Assembly: GCA_028534125.1 (NCBI GenBank)
Contig: CM052818.1
Span: forward strand, 22,570,001-22,634,000
Length of the DNA stretch: 64,000 nt
Origin: Lama glama
Lineage: Eukaryota
Reading direction: 5' to 3'
Under the pieces are notes generated by a model, which saw only the letters and a program-made list of their open reading frames with translations, was not told the origin of the DNA and did not search any database. The translations under genes and the position numbers were made by a program. Positions within the stretch are counted from its first letter, which is position 1. Each line of letters begins with the position of its first letter. Positions 50,360-62,447 of the stretch are shown piece after piece.

Positions 50360-52040
50360 CTTCAATAATACTGCTTTACACATACACATCACAGCTGGTT
50401 AGCCATTCTCCTATTAATGGACATCCTGGGTTATTTCCTGTTTGAAGCTATTGCAAACAAAGCAGCTAAGAGCACTCTTGTACAAGTCCTTTTGTTTTCA
50501 TTTATTTTCAGTAAATACAGGAGTAGAATTGCTGGGTCATAATGTAGGTTTATATATAGTTTTTTTTTTAAGCCTTTTTTTTATGGAGGTACTGGGAAAT
50601 TGAACCCAGGACTTCAAGCATGCTAAGAACATGCTCTACCACTGAGCTGTACCTTCACTGCCCCCAAAGCATTTTTAAATTGTAGTAAAATATACATAAC
50701 ATAAAGTTTACCATTTTAACCATTTTAAGTGTACAATTCACTAGCATTAAGTACATTTACATTGTTGTGCAACTATCACCACTATCCATCTCGAGAACTT
50801 TATCATCCCAAACTGAAAATCTGTACCCATTAAACCATAACTCTCCATACCGCTTCCCTCAGCCCCTAATAACCACTATGCTTTCTGTCTCTATAATTTG
50901 GACTGTTCTAGGTACCTCATATAAGTAGAATCATACAGCATTTATTCTTTTATATCTGGCTTATTTCAATTAGCCATAATGTTTTCAAAGTTTAACCATG
51001 TTACAGCATATATCAAATTTTCATTCGTTTTCTATTGTATGTGTACCACACCTTGTTTATCCATTTATCAGTCAATAGACATTTAGGTTGCTTTCATCTT
51101 TTGGTTATTGTGAATAATGTTGCTATGAAGATGGGTACACAAATACCTGTTCAAATTCCTGCTTTCTCTTCTTTTGGGTGTATACCCAAAAGTGGAATTG
51201 CTGGATCATATGGTAATTGTTTAACTTTTTGAGGAACCACCATACTGTGTTTCACAATAGCTGCGCCATTTTACATTCCCACCAGTTACGCACAAGGATT
51301 CTTCTTTACCAACACTAATTTTCTGTTTGTTTGGGTTGTTTGTTTGTTTATGGTAATATTCATCCTAATGAGTGTGAAGTAGTATCTCATTGTGGTTTTG
51401 ATTTGCATTTCCTTAATAATTAGTAATGTTGAGCATCTTTCCATGTGCTTGTTGACCATTTATGTATCTTCTTTGGAGGAATTTCTATTCAAATCCTTCA
51501 CCCATTTTTTAATTAAGTTGTTTGGGTTTTTTTATTGTTGAGTTTTATGAGTTCTTTATGTATTCTGAATATTAATCCATTACTAGATATATTATGTATA
51601 AATATTCTCTCCCATTTTGTGGGTTGCCTTTTCACTCTGTTGATAGTGTCCTTTGATAACACAAAAGTTTTTAATTTTGATGAAGTTCTATGTTTAGTTT
51701 TACAAGAAACTACCAGACCCTTATTTTCAAAGTAGTTGTGCCATGTTGTACTCCCACCAGCAATGCTGAGCATTTCAGTTGCTCTATATCCTTGTCAACA
51801 TTTGGTGTTGGCAGTCTTTTTAATTTTAGCCATTCTACTGGGTGTGTAATAGTACCTCATTGTAGATGTAATGTGTTCCCCTGATGACTAATGGCACTGA
51901 GCATTTTTTGATGTGCTTATTGGCTATTTGTAAATCTTTGTGAAATGTTTGTTCAAATCTTTTGCCCATCATTTTGTTGGGTTTTTTCAGTTTGTTTTGT
52001 TTTTTGGGGTTTTAATCATTTTTTTAAGTTGTAGGAGTGG
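50360..52040 (-). mobile_element. Nested L1s: an older L1 (50360-50560 and 51686-52040) interrupted by an L1MB-like copy (~50670-51685)
   Basis: ORF 51513-51773 contains KLKTFVLSKDTINRVKRQPTKWERIF (L1 ORF2 C-terminus); the same L1 segment occurs twice ('gaattgctgggtcata' at 50526, 'gaattgctggatcata' at 51196). Confidence 0.8.
50575..50665 (-). mobile_element. Camelid tRNA-Ala-derived SINE (short-tail, diverged)
   Basis: 'ttttttatggaggtactgggaaattgaacccaggacttcaagcatgctaagaacatgctctaccactgagctgtacc'. Confidence 0.9.
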
Positions 52041-54639
52041 CTGATATTTCTCCATTTCCTCATCTATAGGTAGCAGATGTGAATTCCTCTGTGATACCTG
52101 GGCTACAAGAAATGCCCAGCTCAGCCACTGTCCACCATGAGTCCAGAAGTGCCCTGGACTCGTAAGAGCTCATATATGTCCACTACCGACCGCCCAAGGC
52201 ATATAGGATCCATGCCAGAAAGAATGAGGGGGATGCCACAGAAGGTGGGGTGGGAGGAGCAGTGAGGAGTGTCTAACACAGAGTGATTTGAAGGGAGGTA
52301 GCAGTCAGTGGCCCCTGGCAAAGAGGGGAGAGGACCAGCGAGCTGCAGAATATTGTCTGCATGGGAGGAAGGAGGGAGGAGGGGAGCAGGGGAGAGCCCA
52401 TTAGCTCTGGAGCCAGAAAAAAGGGAAATGTAGCAGATATATAAGCCAAGCTGAAAGCTCTAAGCAGAACTAGTCTGTGAATGTCTCCCTAAGGACTGTC
52501 CTCCTGTGAGGTAACAGGGAGACAGAAACTTCCTGCTCTATTGCAGAGAACCCTGAAAAGCTGACAGTGACCCTGGTGCAGATGGAGGGCTTTCCCTCCA
52601 CTGCCCTGCCCTGCCCTGCCCTTTCCAGTAGGGTCTTAGCTGTGGTTGCAGGCTCCATCCAAGGGCCAACACTCAATTTCGATCACATTAGAGAGGCAGT
52701 ACCTTGGAGGGCCAACCCCTTTTATTATTTAATGCCCCAGTCTTAGACCCTAACCCTCCCTTGACCCCTCAGGGAACCAGCCCTGGGATGAAGAGGTTGC
52801 TGCAGATAGCAGATCTGAGGAATGGAAAGAACCAGAGTCTGTGATGACACCACTAGGTTACAGGCTCATTCGCCCTCTGGGTATCCAGTTACATAGTCTA
52901 ACCTTCTATTGGTTAAGCTACTGTTTAACTAGGGTCTCTGTTATTTGTGCCCATGAGCATCCTGATAAACTGGGAAATAAATAATTTGTGTAACACAACA
53001 GGAGAAACTAATAGAAATTACATTCTAAACAGAGAATACACATTCACAAAAATTGACCCTAGACTAAGCTGTAAAGGAAATCTTAATACATCCCCCCACC
53101 CCAAAATAATACACTGACCATCTTCACTCATCACAGTTCAGTAAAATCAGACACAAAAAACAAAACAGAATGATAGCCAAGCAAAAAACCTCAAACCAAC
53201 CATATGTCTAGAAAATTTAAAACAGACTTGTAAATAATTCAAGTTAAAGAGATAGCAGGGCCAGAACCTAGATTTCCAAATAACCAATACAGTTTATTAT
53301 CAAGCCCTTTTATTCATATTTGTTCTTAAACATTTGCTGAATTATATGAAAGGGTGGGAAAGTGGTAAGAGACAGGGAGACTGTGACAGACCAAGGTGGG
53401 CTGGGGAAGGGAGCAACTGAAGAAACTAGTTCTGTCCATCAAGAGACTGAAGGGATCAGACTGTAACCAGCAGCCAGGCTCAGCAAAGCCTAGACGCATC
53501 TACTGGTTTCAGGGATCTGGGCAGGAAACCGCCATGCAGGGGAGAACAGAGCCAGGCACCAGCACGCACGACAGGCTCTGGTGAACCCTGGTCCTGGGGC
53601 AGAGACTGCTTGTGACTCTGGTGCCAATGAGCTGCTGGTGCAGAGGGGAGAGCTGGCTGCTGTGAGCTGTAAGGTCCAGAAACTAGAAGGAACCCCGGGT
53701 GGCTGTGACTAAACAATGCCAGGACACACCAGTAACATTTGAATTGTCGACTTTCTGGACATTAGCATCAAATGGTGCCCAACACCCAAGCCAGGAGGCT
53801 TGCCAATCGAATAGACATGGTGTTTTATCTACGCAGAACAAGCTAAACAGCATATTTGATAGTGACTATGCAGCAGATTACTTAGCCTGTATTTAGGGTT
53901 TACCTGGACTGTTAAGACCCCAATCACTTGTGGCCTCACTTATTCATGTTATTTGCCTCAGTAGATTAGAATGCAGTATAACTAACATTCATTTCTTTGA
54001 ACTAGTGTCAGAACATCTGTTGGGCTGAAATCGTGTTTTTTTTTTCTTTTAGTGTGAATTCATTCATGCCTTTACCACCCACTCATCCATCCATCCATTT
54101 AACAAACATCCAAAGCAAACCTCACACATCATAGATCCTTGGTGTTTCATGTGTCGCTGTTTACATCTCCTCTGATTACTTGCAGATGAGAAAGATTAAG
54201 AATATAGTTTGAGTTATTTTGGTGCTAAGCGAGATTCTAGAAAGAAACGTTCAGAGAGGAAAAACAAGTTTTAAATAAATAAAAGGAAAAAGGAGGAAGA
54301 AAATGGGAAAAGGGGTGGGGATGCATGGAGAGGAAACGGGAGTGTCCCAGCGGAGAAGGGCGGGAATCTTGTTTCCTGTCTGAGTGGGTTTTATTTGCAA
54401 AGGGAGCCCCTGCGTCTGAGGGTGCCAAGAAAACCCGCCCACCCCAGGCAACAGGGAAGGGGCAAGATGTGCTGGGGGGGCAGGAGTTGGAGGAATTTCA
54501 AATTTCTTAAACTCTACAGTCTGAATTCTGGTGTCAGAGCCCGGGCTATGTTCCTTCTCCCCAACCTACCACCTCCTCACCCGCCCTCCTCCAACACACA
54601 CACAGTTTTCCTAAGAATTCTAAGTCGGGAAGAAAGAGG

Positions 54640-55670
54640 AAAGCGGGTTTCCGATGGACCTTCCCCTCCTCCGCAGCCACACACCCAGGCGCCGGGTCTC
54701 CCCGCGCCCCCGAGGATCCCGGCTTGGAGCCTCTAACTCTTGGCTGGAATCATTAGCCCAGGTCTGTCCGCCCTCCCCACCCCAGACCCTAGCTTCCTGA
54801 GGTCTTAATGCCCTGTTCTTCATCTGTAAAACTCTTCATAAATTGTCGTGTGACTTGAGTATGCCCCTAAAGCATGGAAGGAGCCCAGAACAGTGCCGGG
54901 CACCTCGTCGGTGCTCCGCCTGCCGCCTGCGGACGTAGGCGAGGGGCCGGTGCCGCCCGGGCCAGGCAGGCGGTCCCCGTCGTGCGCCCGGGGCCCCCGG
55001 CACTGCGCCCACCGCCGCTCCTCCGGTCGTCTCCCGAGCCGGCCACAGGCAGAGCCGAGCGAGCGGCACCCAACAGATCTGGGGATGATAGCCTGCGCTC
55101 TGCCTTCGTGAGAGGAGAGGGCACTAACGTCAGCGGGGGCCTCTGGCGGCCGCTGTGTAACCCTGAGAAGGCTGTGTAGACACTCCCAGTTGTCAGACGA
55201 GGAAACTAAGGCTTCAATCTACTGCCAGCACCCCTGTGCTCAGGCGCTCGGGTTTCCAAACCCCCTTCTCCCCCTTACAGGATTTCTTTGGAGTCTTCCT
55301 GGGGCCCAGGCGGAAAGTGGGACAAAGGGCCAGGAAGGTTCTCGATCCCGTGCCTTGCGCTCGGAACCGCCGCCCCACTCGGGCGCCGCGGAGAGGGGGA
55401 TGGCTCCGGACCGAAGTCCGCGAGGGGCTGCCGCGCGGCCGGGGGTATTGCCCCGCCCTTTGACCCCAGTTGCTGATTTACCCGGCGGCCAATAGGCGGC
55501 TGGGCCGGGTCGCGCCGCTCCGACGGCGCAGAGGACACAGCTCCAGAGCTCGGCTCCCGGGCAGCGATGGAGCATCCGGTGAGAGTGAAGGCTTGGGTGG
55601 AGGAGAACCGGGCCTCTTTCCTGCCCCCGGTCTGCAACAAGCTCCTGTGAGTCCCACGCACGCCCCCCTC
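54640..55670 (+). promoter_or_regulatory. HAAO promoter CpG island with GC box (55450-55458), DR1-like element (55454-55466) and CCAAT box (55489-55493)
   Basis: CpG-dense region directly upstream of and including exon 1; motifs read directly; no TATA box seen. Confidence 0.8.
55567..55646 (+). CDS. HAAO: 3-hydroxyanthranilate 3,4-dioxygenase, coding exon 1 (MEHPVRVKAWVEENRASFLPPVCNKL-)
   Basis: ATG in strong Kozak context gcgATGG; conserved W..EN...F.PPVCNKL; donor CT|gtgagt; 80 nt. Confidence 0.97.
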
Positions 55671-56167
55671 CTCGTGCCCTCTGTCCTCACCTCGTCTTCT
55701 TCCATCTGCACCCCTCACCTTTCACCCTTCAAGCTCCAGCTCCAAATTCCTGCACCTAGAACTTGCAGAAAGGGGGAATGTCATCCTCATGGTGTTCAGA
55801 GGAGGGTGGGGACGGGCTGTTCCGGGTTTCACCACCCTCTTTCTGTTCCTCTTTCTGATGACTGAGTGGAGATTGTGTCCTTGGCGTTTGAGGGTGGCTA
55901 GGTGAATGAGACTAGGAGAGATGCAAATGGCAGGTCGCAGCCTCCTCTCCAGGGCTGAGAAACAGCTCTCCAACCCCTATTAACTCTCAGAAACTTGTGG
56001 GGGTGGGGTTGATACCTACAAATTGCAGAACTGAGGTCTGGGGACAGCCTGATCATACACCCCAACTCTATCTGGGAAGCTGCAGGCAGAGGGTGAAATC
56101 AGAGGATCCGCTCCCATGGGAGGATCATGATTTGTCTTCCCAGGTCCTCCCTTTGAAGCTGTGCCCC

Positions 56168-56207
56168 CACCCACACACCCACACACCCACACACACACAC
56201 ACACACA
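56168..56207. repeat. (CA)n microsatellite in HAAO intron 1
   Basis: cacccacacacccacacacccacacacacacacacacaca. Confidence 0.9.
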
Positions 56208-56924
56208 CTCTCCTACAAGGCCCTCCCTAGCCACCTCTGCCCACAGCACCCAACAGGGCTGACCCTGGTCCAACCACAGCAGACCTCTCAGGCCATCCCC
56301 TCTGGCCCTTTCACCTCCTTCCCCCACATTCGACTGGGTGGCTGGACCGCCTGTGCTCCCCAGCTCCGGGCTCACAGCCCCATGTTTGCTGTGTCTGCAG
56401 AGCATCTCCAACAGGGCGGCTTCTCAAACCACTCAGCTACAATCATTCACACCTTGACCAGCCAGAGACCACCAAGTGTCTTCCCATCATCTCCTTTAAT
56501 TGTCCCAGTAGCCCCATGAGGTAGGATTTTTAATAAATAACTTTCCCAGTGTCAACAGAGCTAGTTCGGGACAGGGTCCAGACCCAAGCATATGCAAGAG
56601 TTTGACTCCAAAGTCCACACTCTTCTCACTGCGCAGCACTGCCACAGCTGACGTTCAGCATCTCCCCCAAAACCTGGTCTCTTCTATCACTGTCGTCACC
56701 CTCAACCCTTTCCTCCACTTCATCCCCGTCCACAGTCTCATCCTCCACCCTCCACTTTCTCCCCCTAATGGTGTCTCACTTCCATCTGCTCCTCTCCAGG
56801 TCCATGGCCACTGCTCTGGTTCCACCCTTGTCACAATGGGTACTTACTCCCCCTGCCTTCAGGCCCCCACCCTGCCCTCCAGCACTGCCCCAATATTAAT
56901 AATCACAAAATGCAGGCCTTCCCT

Positions 56925-57070
56925 TTACTCACTCAGCAGATGCTCACTGAGCACCTACTAGATGCCAGGCACTGTTCTGGACACTGAAGATACACAGGAA
57001 ACTGACAGAAGTCCCTTCCTGGTGGAGCTGACATTCCGATGAGAGGAGGCAGCCAATACATATAATAAAC
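56925..57070 (-). mobile_element. L2 3' end
   Basis: 'actgagcacctactagatgccaggcactgttctggacactg'. Confidence 0.75.
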
Positions 57071-57106
57071 AAGGGGTGAGGCAGGCAGGCAGACCTGACA
57101 GCGCTA

Positions 57107-57410
57107 GGCTGCTCCAGGCCTCTCCCAGCTCCTGGGGGTTTGGCTGCAATCTCTGCATTGCTTGGCTTCTGCTGCATCACCTTGACCTCTGCCTTTATCT
57201 TCACATGGGTGTCTCCTTGTGAGTGTGTCTGTGTCTCAATCTCCCCTTTTAGTAAGGACACCAGTCATATTACCTTATGACTACTACTCCAGTACAGCCT
57301 CATCACAGCTTAACTAATTACATCTGCAACGACCCTAGTGCCAAATTAGGTCACATTCTGAGGGACTGGGGTTTGGACTTCAACATGTGAACGTTGGGCT
57401 GGGGCGGACA
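57107..57410 (-). mobile_element. MaLR LTR (MLT1B/C-like)
   Basis: 'taaggacaccagtcatatt...taattacatctgcaacgaccctagtgccaaattaggtcacattctgagggactggggg'. Confidence 0.75.
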
Positions 57411-57665
57411 TGGGAAGCTGCTTGGAGGGCTTTGAGCAGAGGAAGAACACAGGCACACCTACAGTCACACACACACACAGACTCTTGGATGCACATGGGC
57501 ACACTGGGATGAACATGGAGACTGACAGGGGCAGTGATGCAGAAACAGCCCTGTTACCTCCCCGAGGTGTGCCCAGGCTCCCTCTAGCTCCCCCATGGGC
57601 CCCTATAGCCCTCCTATCTTCTCCCACGAGCTGGTTCCTGACTTCTCCCCCCTCATCCATTGCAG

Positions 57666-57744
57666 GCACCAGAAGCAGCTCAAAATCATGTTTGTGGGGG
57701 GCCCCAATACCAGGAAGGACTACCACATCGAGGAGGGTGAGGAG
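57666..57744 (+). CDS. HAAO: HAAO coding exon 2 ([26 protein letters not shown])
   Basis: tgcag| acceptor, |gtaagc donor; 79 nt; contains Arg43 and Fe ligands His47 and Glu53. Confidence 0.98.
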
Positions 57745-58979
57745 GTAAGCCTGCCCTGTCCCCTCCCCTGACCCAGCCCATGGGAGGGGACACTTCCTAT
57801 GACAGGGCCAGAGCCTGTGGACAGGAGAAGGGGGCAGTCAGATGGCTGATGGGTGAAGGGGGCACAGGGCGAAACTGCTGCCTGGAAGTTGTGGGCACCC
57901 AGTGACACCCTTGACAACTCCATCGTCAAAGGAATCTGCTGGGGAAGCGGGGAAAAGAGCCCAGCCTCTGTGCGTGTGGGAGGTTCTAGTTTTGGGGCAT
58001 AATCTTCTGGACACAGGACTGTCCATGCTCTGGGGGTGGTGCCCTGGTCCCCTTGCCCCCAAACCTGAATATGTGAGATCAACCTCCAAAATGAGACCCA
58101 AATGTTGAGAGGGACTTGGGTGCTCTGCCCTGGTCCCGGGAGCCTAGTTTTAGTTCTAGGTCGTGCTGTAAGGTGGCCAGCTGACCTGGTTTGCCCTGGA
58201 CTTTCTTGATTCCAGCCATGACGGTCCTGCATCCCGAGAAACCCCTCAGACTACCCACCCTACAGGGCCGCGAGCTATGAAGACTCTTCCTGCCCTTCCT
58301 CAAATTGCCCTTTGCGGCGGGGGGCGGGGGGGGGGTTGTCAGTTTGCCTTCCGTGGCAGATGGTAAAGCCAAGTCTCTCTAGTTTCCCTGAGCTCAGATT
58401 GATTTCGCTTAGAGGTTCTTGTCACAGCATCTACTATCTCCTCTAACTCCTTACACAATAATAATAATTATTATTATTAATAACACCCCCTCAACTATTT
58501 GGCTGGAGCTTTTAACACCCAGTGTGTGACTGGTAGAGAGGGAATGTGTCTGCCTCCTCCTCCTCCCAGCTCCATGGGTGATCTCAGTAAACACATTAAT
58601 TAGGGACTTAGGATGAAATAGGAAAAACACAGTAGGAGCCCTGCAGCCCCCCTCCCCAACCTGGGAGATAGCAGGCGGCGAGTGCTCCCAGCCCCCACAG
58701 CACCCCCCAATTCACCCCCCGACCCCGCTTCCAGCATCAAGTCCACCATGTACATGGCCCACTGGCTCCCAGAGGGATTTGGCCCAGCACTGCCCGCACC
58801 GTGCCTGGCATCGCTGCGGTCAGAGGAGCCAGCCCAGGCTCCAGGGCTACATGCAGACTCAGGCCCACACTGCTGCTCCAGGACTGACTGTGTGACCTTG
58901 GGCAAGCTGCATTACTCTCTGAGCCTCAGTTTTCTTTCTTCCTTTTCTGCAGAACGGGGCTAATAATATTTTTGGAGCA

Positions 58980-59135
58980 ATGCACATACCTTAATTTGGA
59001 AATAATACTGTTGGAAAAATGGCACCAAATAGATTTGCTTGATGCAGGGTTGCCACAACCTTTAATTTATAAAAAAAAACACACTAGCTGGGAAGCACAC
59101 CGAAGCAAGGCACAATACAAGAAGATCTGTCTGTA
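58980..59135 (-). mobile_element. Tigger1 terminal fragment inserted in a MIR (58860-59170)
   Basis: 'aaaatggcaccaaatagatttgcttgatgcagggttgccacaacctttaatttataaaaaa...tctgtctgta'. Confidence 0.75.
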
Positions 59136-59500
59136 TGGGAAAGCGCTTGCCCAGGCCCTGGGACACAGTAAACGGGTGATTCTCCTACATGGCTGATGGG
59201 TCCTTGAATTGTCCAGGGAGCATCCCAGCCAGCCCCCTGCCCCCAAGCCAGACACCAACTGTTGGGTCCTAGGTACTTTGGTTGTCACTTTAGTGTCCAG
59301 GTATGATCCTTATATGTCCCCAGCACTTTTATCTGTGGTGTGTGTCAGGGAGACTGGTACCTCAGGGCAGGATTGAGGTTGCTGCTTATAAACTCTGAGG
59401 CCCTCAGGAAGTTTCTCAGGTTTTCTGGACAGAACCCAGGCCAAGTACCTGGAAGGGGAAGTGGGGAGGGTCCGAGCCCATCTGCTGTCCTGTCTCACAG

Positions 59501-59584
59501 GTGTTTTACCAGCTGGAGGGTGACATGCTTCTCCGAGTCCTGGAGCGAGGGAAACACCGGGATGTGGTCATTCGGCAGGGAGAG
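59501..59584 (+). CDS. HAAO: HAAO coding exon 3 ([28 protein letters not shown])
   Basis: cacag| acceptor, |gtgagg donor; 84 nt, in frame. Confidence 0.98.
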
Positions 59585-59785
59585 GTGAGGCTGAGCCCCA
59601 GCACAGGAACCCCCTCGTGTCCACTCATCCTGGCTCTGGTGGAGGTCTCTTCCTCTTAGCCTTCTCCTGGTGTAGGGGGAGGGCTGGGCTGGACTGTGGG
59701 TCGGCTGGCAAGGCCAGGACACTGCGGCACTGAGGTCTCTGTGGGGGACTGCAGCCTTGCTGGCACCTTGTCCCCACCGCTGCAG

Positions 59786-59892
59786 ATCTTCCTCCTGCCT
59801 GCTGGGGTCCCCCACTCTCCACAGCGGTTTGCCAACACCATGGGGCTGGTGATTGAGCGGAGGCGGCTGAAAACAGAACTAGATGGGCTCAG
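59786..59892 (+). CDS. HAAO: HAAO coding exon 4 ([35 protein letters not shown])
   Basis: tgcag| acceptor, |gtaaat donor; 107 nt; Fe ligand His91, Arg95 and Glu105 intact. Confidence 0.98.
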
Positions 59893-60319
59893 GTAAATGG
59901 GCCTGGTCTGGGCATTTGGGGCGGAGATGGGGGTGGCAAGCAGCAGAGGAAAGGATCCTAGGGTAGACCCAAGGAAGCACTTCCTGGCCATGGAGAGGGT
60001 TCGGTGGCAATGGAGAGCCTGTGTTTGCTGGCTGACGGGGAGAGGTTGGGGTAGGTGCTAGGATGGGTTTCATGATGAAGGTAGGTGGGGGGGATGTTCT
60101 CTGTGACCTGCCTGGAAGCCCATTCAGCCAGACACCTTCTGGCTGAGACCAGAACCTGTGCTGTCTGCACTGAGATCTGCTGGGGAAAGGCGGGGAGGAT
60201 GCCAACGTCAGACCCACCTGGCCCAGGGCAGCCTGGAACACCGCTGCTTCTCCCAGCCTCTGGCCCCGGCCAGTGCACGCCTATCCTTGCTCCTCTACCC
60301 CAGCTCATTCCACAACCAG

Positions 60320-60470
60320 CGCTAACGTTTGTATAACATTTGCAACGTGCTGCGCACCGGGCAATCGCTTTATGTGTATTTATTCGTTTAATCCTCACAA
60401 TGATCATATTGGGTAGGTACTGTTATCATCCGTACTTTACAGATGAAGAAACTGGACCCGAGCTGAAAGA
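60320..60470 (-). mobile_element. MIR SINE
   Basis: 'tttaatcctcacaat...ggtaggtactgttatcatccgtactttacagatgaagaaactg'. Confidence 0.75.
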
Positions 60471-62203
60471 AAGCAGCCGAGCTGGCATTATTGAGAAAAA
60501 TGACATTAGGGCCGGGACAGCCTAGATGGGAGCGTGAGTCAGCACCAAGGAGGGGATGAACACAGGTGCAGAGATGGCTGCTGAGTTTCTCTAGCTGAGT
60601 TCCCATCTCGTTCCAGTCAGTCACCCGATTATTATTCCTCCGAAAGGAGGACTCAGCCTTTGGTTCTGGGAGACACAGAATTTTTTCTAAAAGCTAAGCT
60701 ATATTTTGTATTTTTTTAACTGAGAAAATAAAAATTTCCCAACAGGCTACTGAAATCAGGATACTTTGCCCCTAATCTTTTGTTTTAATGGACAATTTTT
60801 TTAATGCTTCCCCTTTTTTCTAATTACCAAAGTCACACCCATTTAATCCTGAAGTCTGGAAAAGTACAAGAAAGCAAACTAAACAAAATTACCTGTCAAG
60901 AAAAGAGTAAATTTTATAGTATGCGAATGATACCTCAATTAAACAAAATTAACAAAAATAAAGAGAAAAACAAAAGTCATCCCACCAATTAAATCCAACA
61001 AAGCACTTAAATTTCCATCTCGTCTTCTTTCTGTGCTTATCTGCAACCTTACAACATTGCGGTCTTACTGTAAGCATGGGTTTGAGTTTTGCTTTTTGTA
61101 CGTTAAAAGAAACTCAGGAGTATTTCTCATACTATTACACGCTTTTCAAAAAACACAATATTAATAACTGCACAGTAATTTACTGCAGAACAGTCTGTTA
61201 CAGGAATAGATGCCTGGCCTTAAATTTGAAAGGCAATTTTTCACACGGGGCTTTATATGAGGAGTTTTTAGTGATGGAGAGGACAGCGTCTTCAGTAACA
61301 TTTTTACAGCAAATTCAATAACAGATTTCATCTGCTGCTTTTGACCTTTAATAAAAGCCAGAGGCTTAACGTGAAAATGCCACTCTGAAGGCAATTCCTG
61401 GAGGACATCGAGGTCTGGTTATGAGGCTTTCTGGTGGCCAGCTCCATCCCAGGTTGGAACTCAGGGTGTTAGGTGGGGTGGATGCACTGTGTGTCTGTAA
61501 ACCACCTCCCATATGCAGGACCACTTCTCTTTTTCGGGAGGAGCTGAAGAACAGAGCTGTGTTGGCCCTGGGAGCTGAGCCTGGGGTTTAGGCATTTGGT
61601 CAGTAGATGTGCTGCACGCATAGGGCCCTGAGGCTGAGGCCTGTGTCTGCCCAACACTCCTCAGACCAGCAGAGCTGGGGGCTGGGGGCCCGGGTGGACT
61701 TCAGGGAGTCTGCTGGAGGCTATGTGGGCATGCATGTGGACCTTCCTCCAGAGAAGAGGCCCAGTGCTTTGCTCTAGTTCTCAAAGGCATCCATGACCCC
61801 AAGGGGAGAAGAACCCCGTCATCTGGGGGGCATCTTCTGCATATTGGTTCCTTAAGGTTCCATGTGCTCCGACCTAGAATACCAGCAGGCAGGTGGAGAT
61901 CCAGCCACGGGTCCTAGTCAGCCTCAGCTTCCTCAGTTTTTGGAAAAACACTTGTCACTGATGTTCCCTATGCTTCTAAGACTGTCTCGGGTCTGCCCTG
62001 CTTGTGCCACTTACAGGCTGTGTAATCCCTGCCGCGTTGCCCAGATTCTCTCTGAGCTTCAGAGTTACTTCTGTTTTCTTTGTAAATGGTCAGGTTTGGG
62101 AACTAGGAGGAGCTATGAGAATGGGGCTGATAATAGCCCTCCCACTTTGGGGCCACACAGGTGTTCCTGGGAGAGCCAGGCGTGGGTGGGGGTGAGCATG
62201 CAT

Positions 62204-62222
62204 TGGCCACTAGGTGGCGCCA
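62204..62222 (+). promoter_or_regulatory. CTCF core motif in HAAO intron 4
   Basis: TGGCCACTAGGTGGCGCCA, near-perfect consensus. Confidence 0.75.
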
Positions 62223-62297
62223 ACAGGACGAAGCTGGCAGTCAGCTGTGCAGGGCTGGGGTGGGGGCGCAGGCGTCCACTAGCAGAGCCAGGCCTGA

Positions 62298-62447
<150 letters not shown>

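Noticed and set aside
54836..55865. ORFs across the HAAO promoter
   Set aside because: GC-rich chance ORFs, not in the HAAO reading frame from ATG 55567
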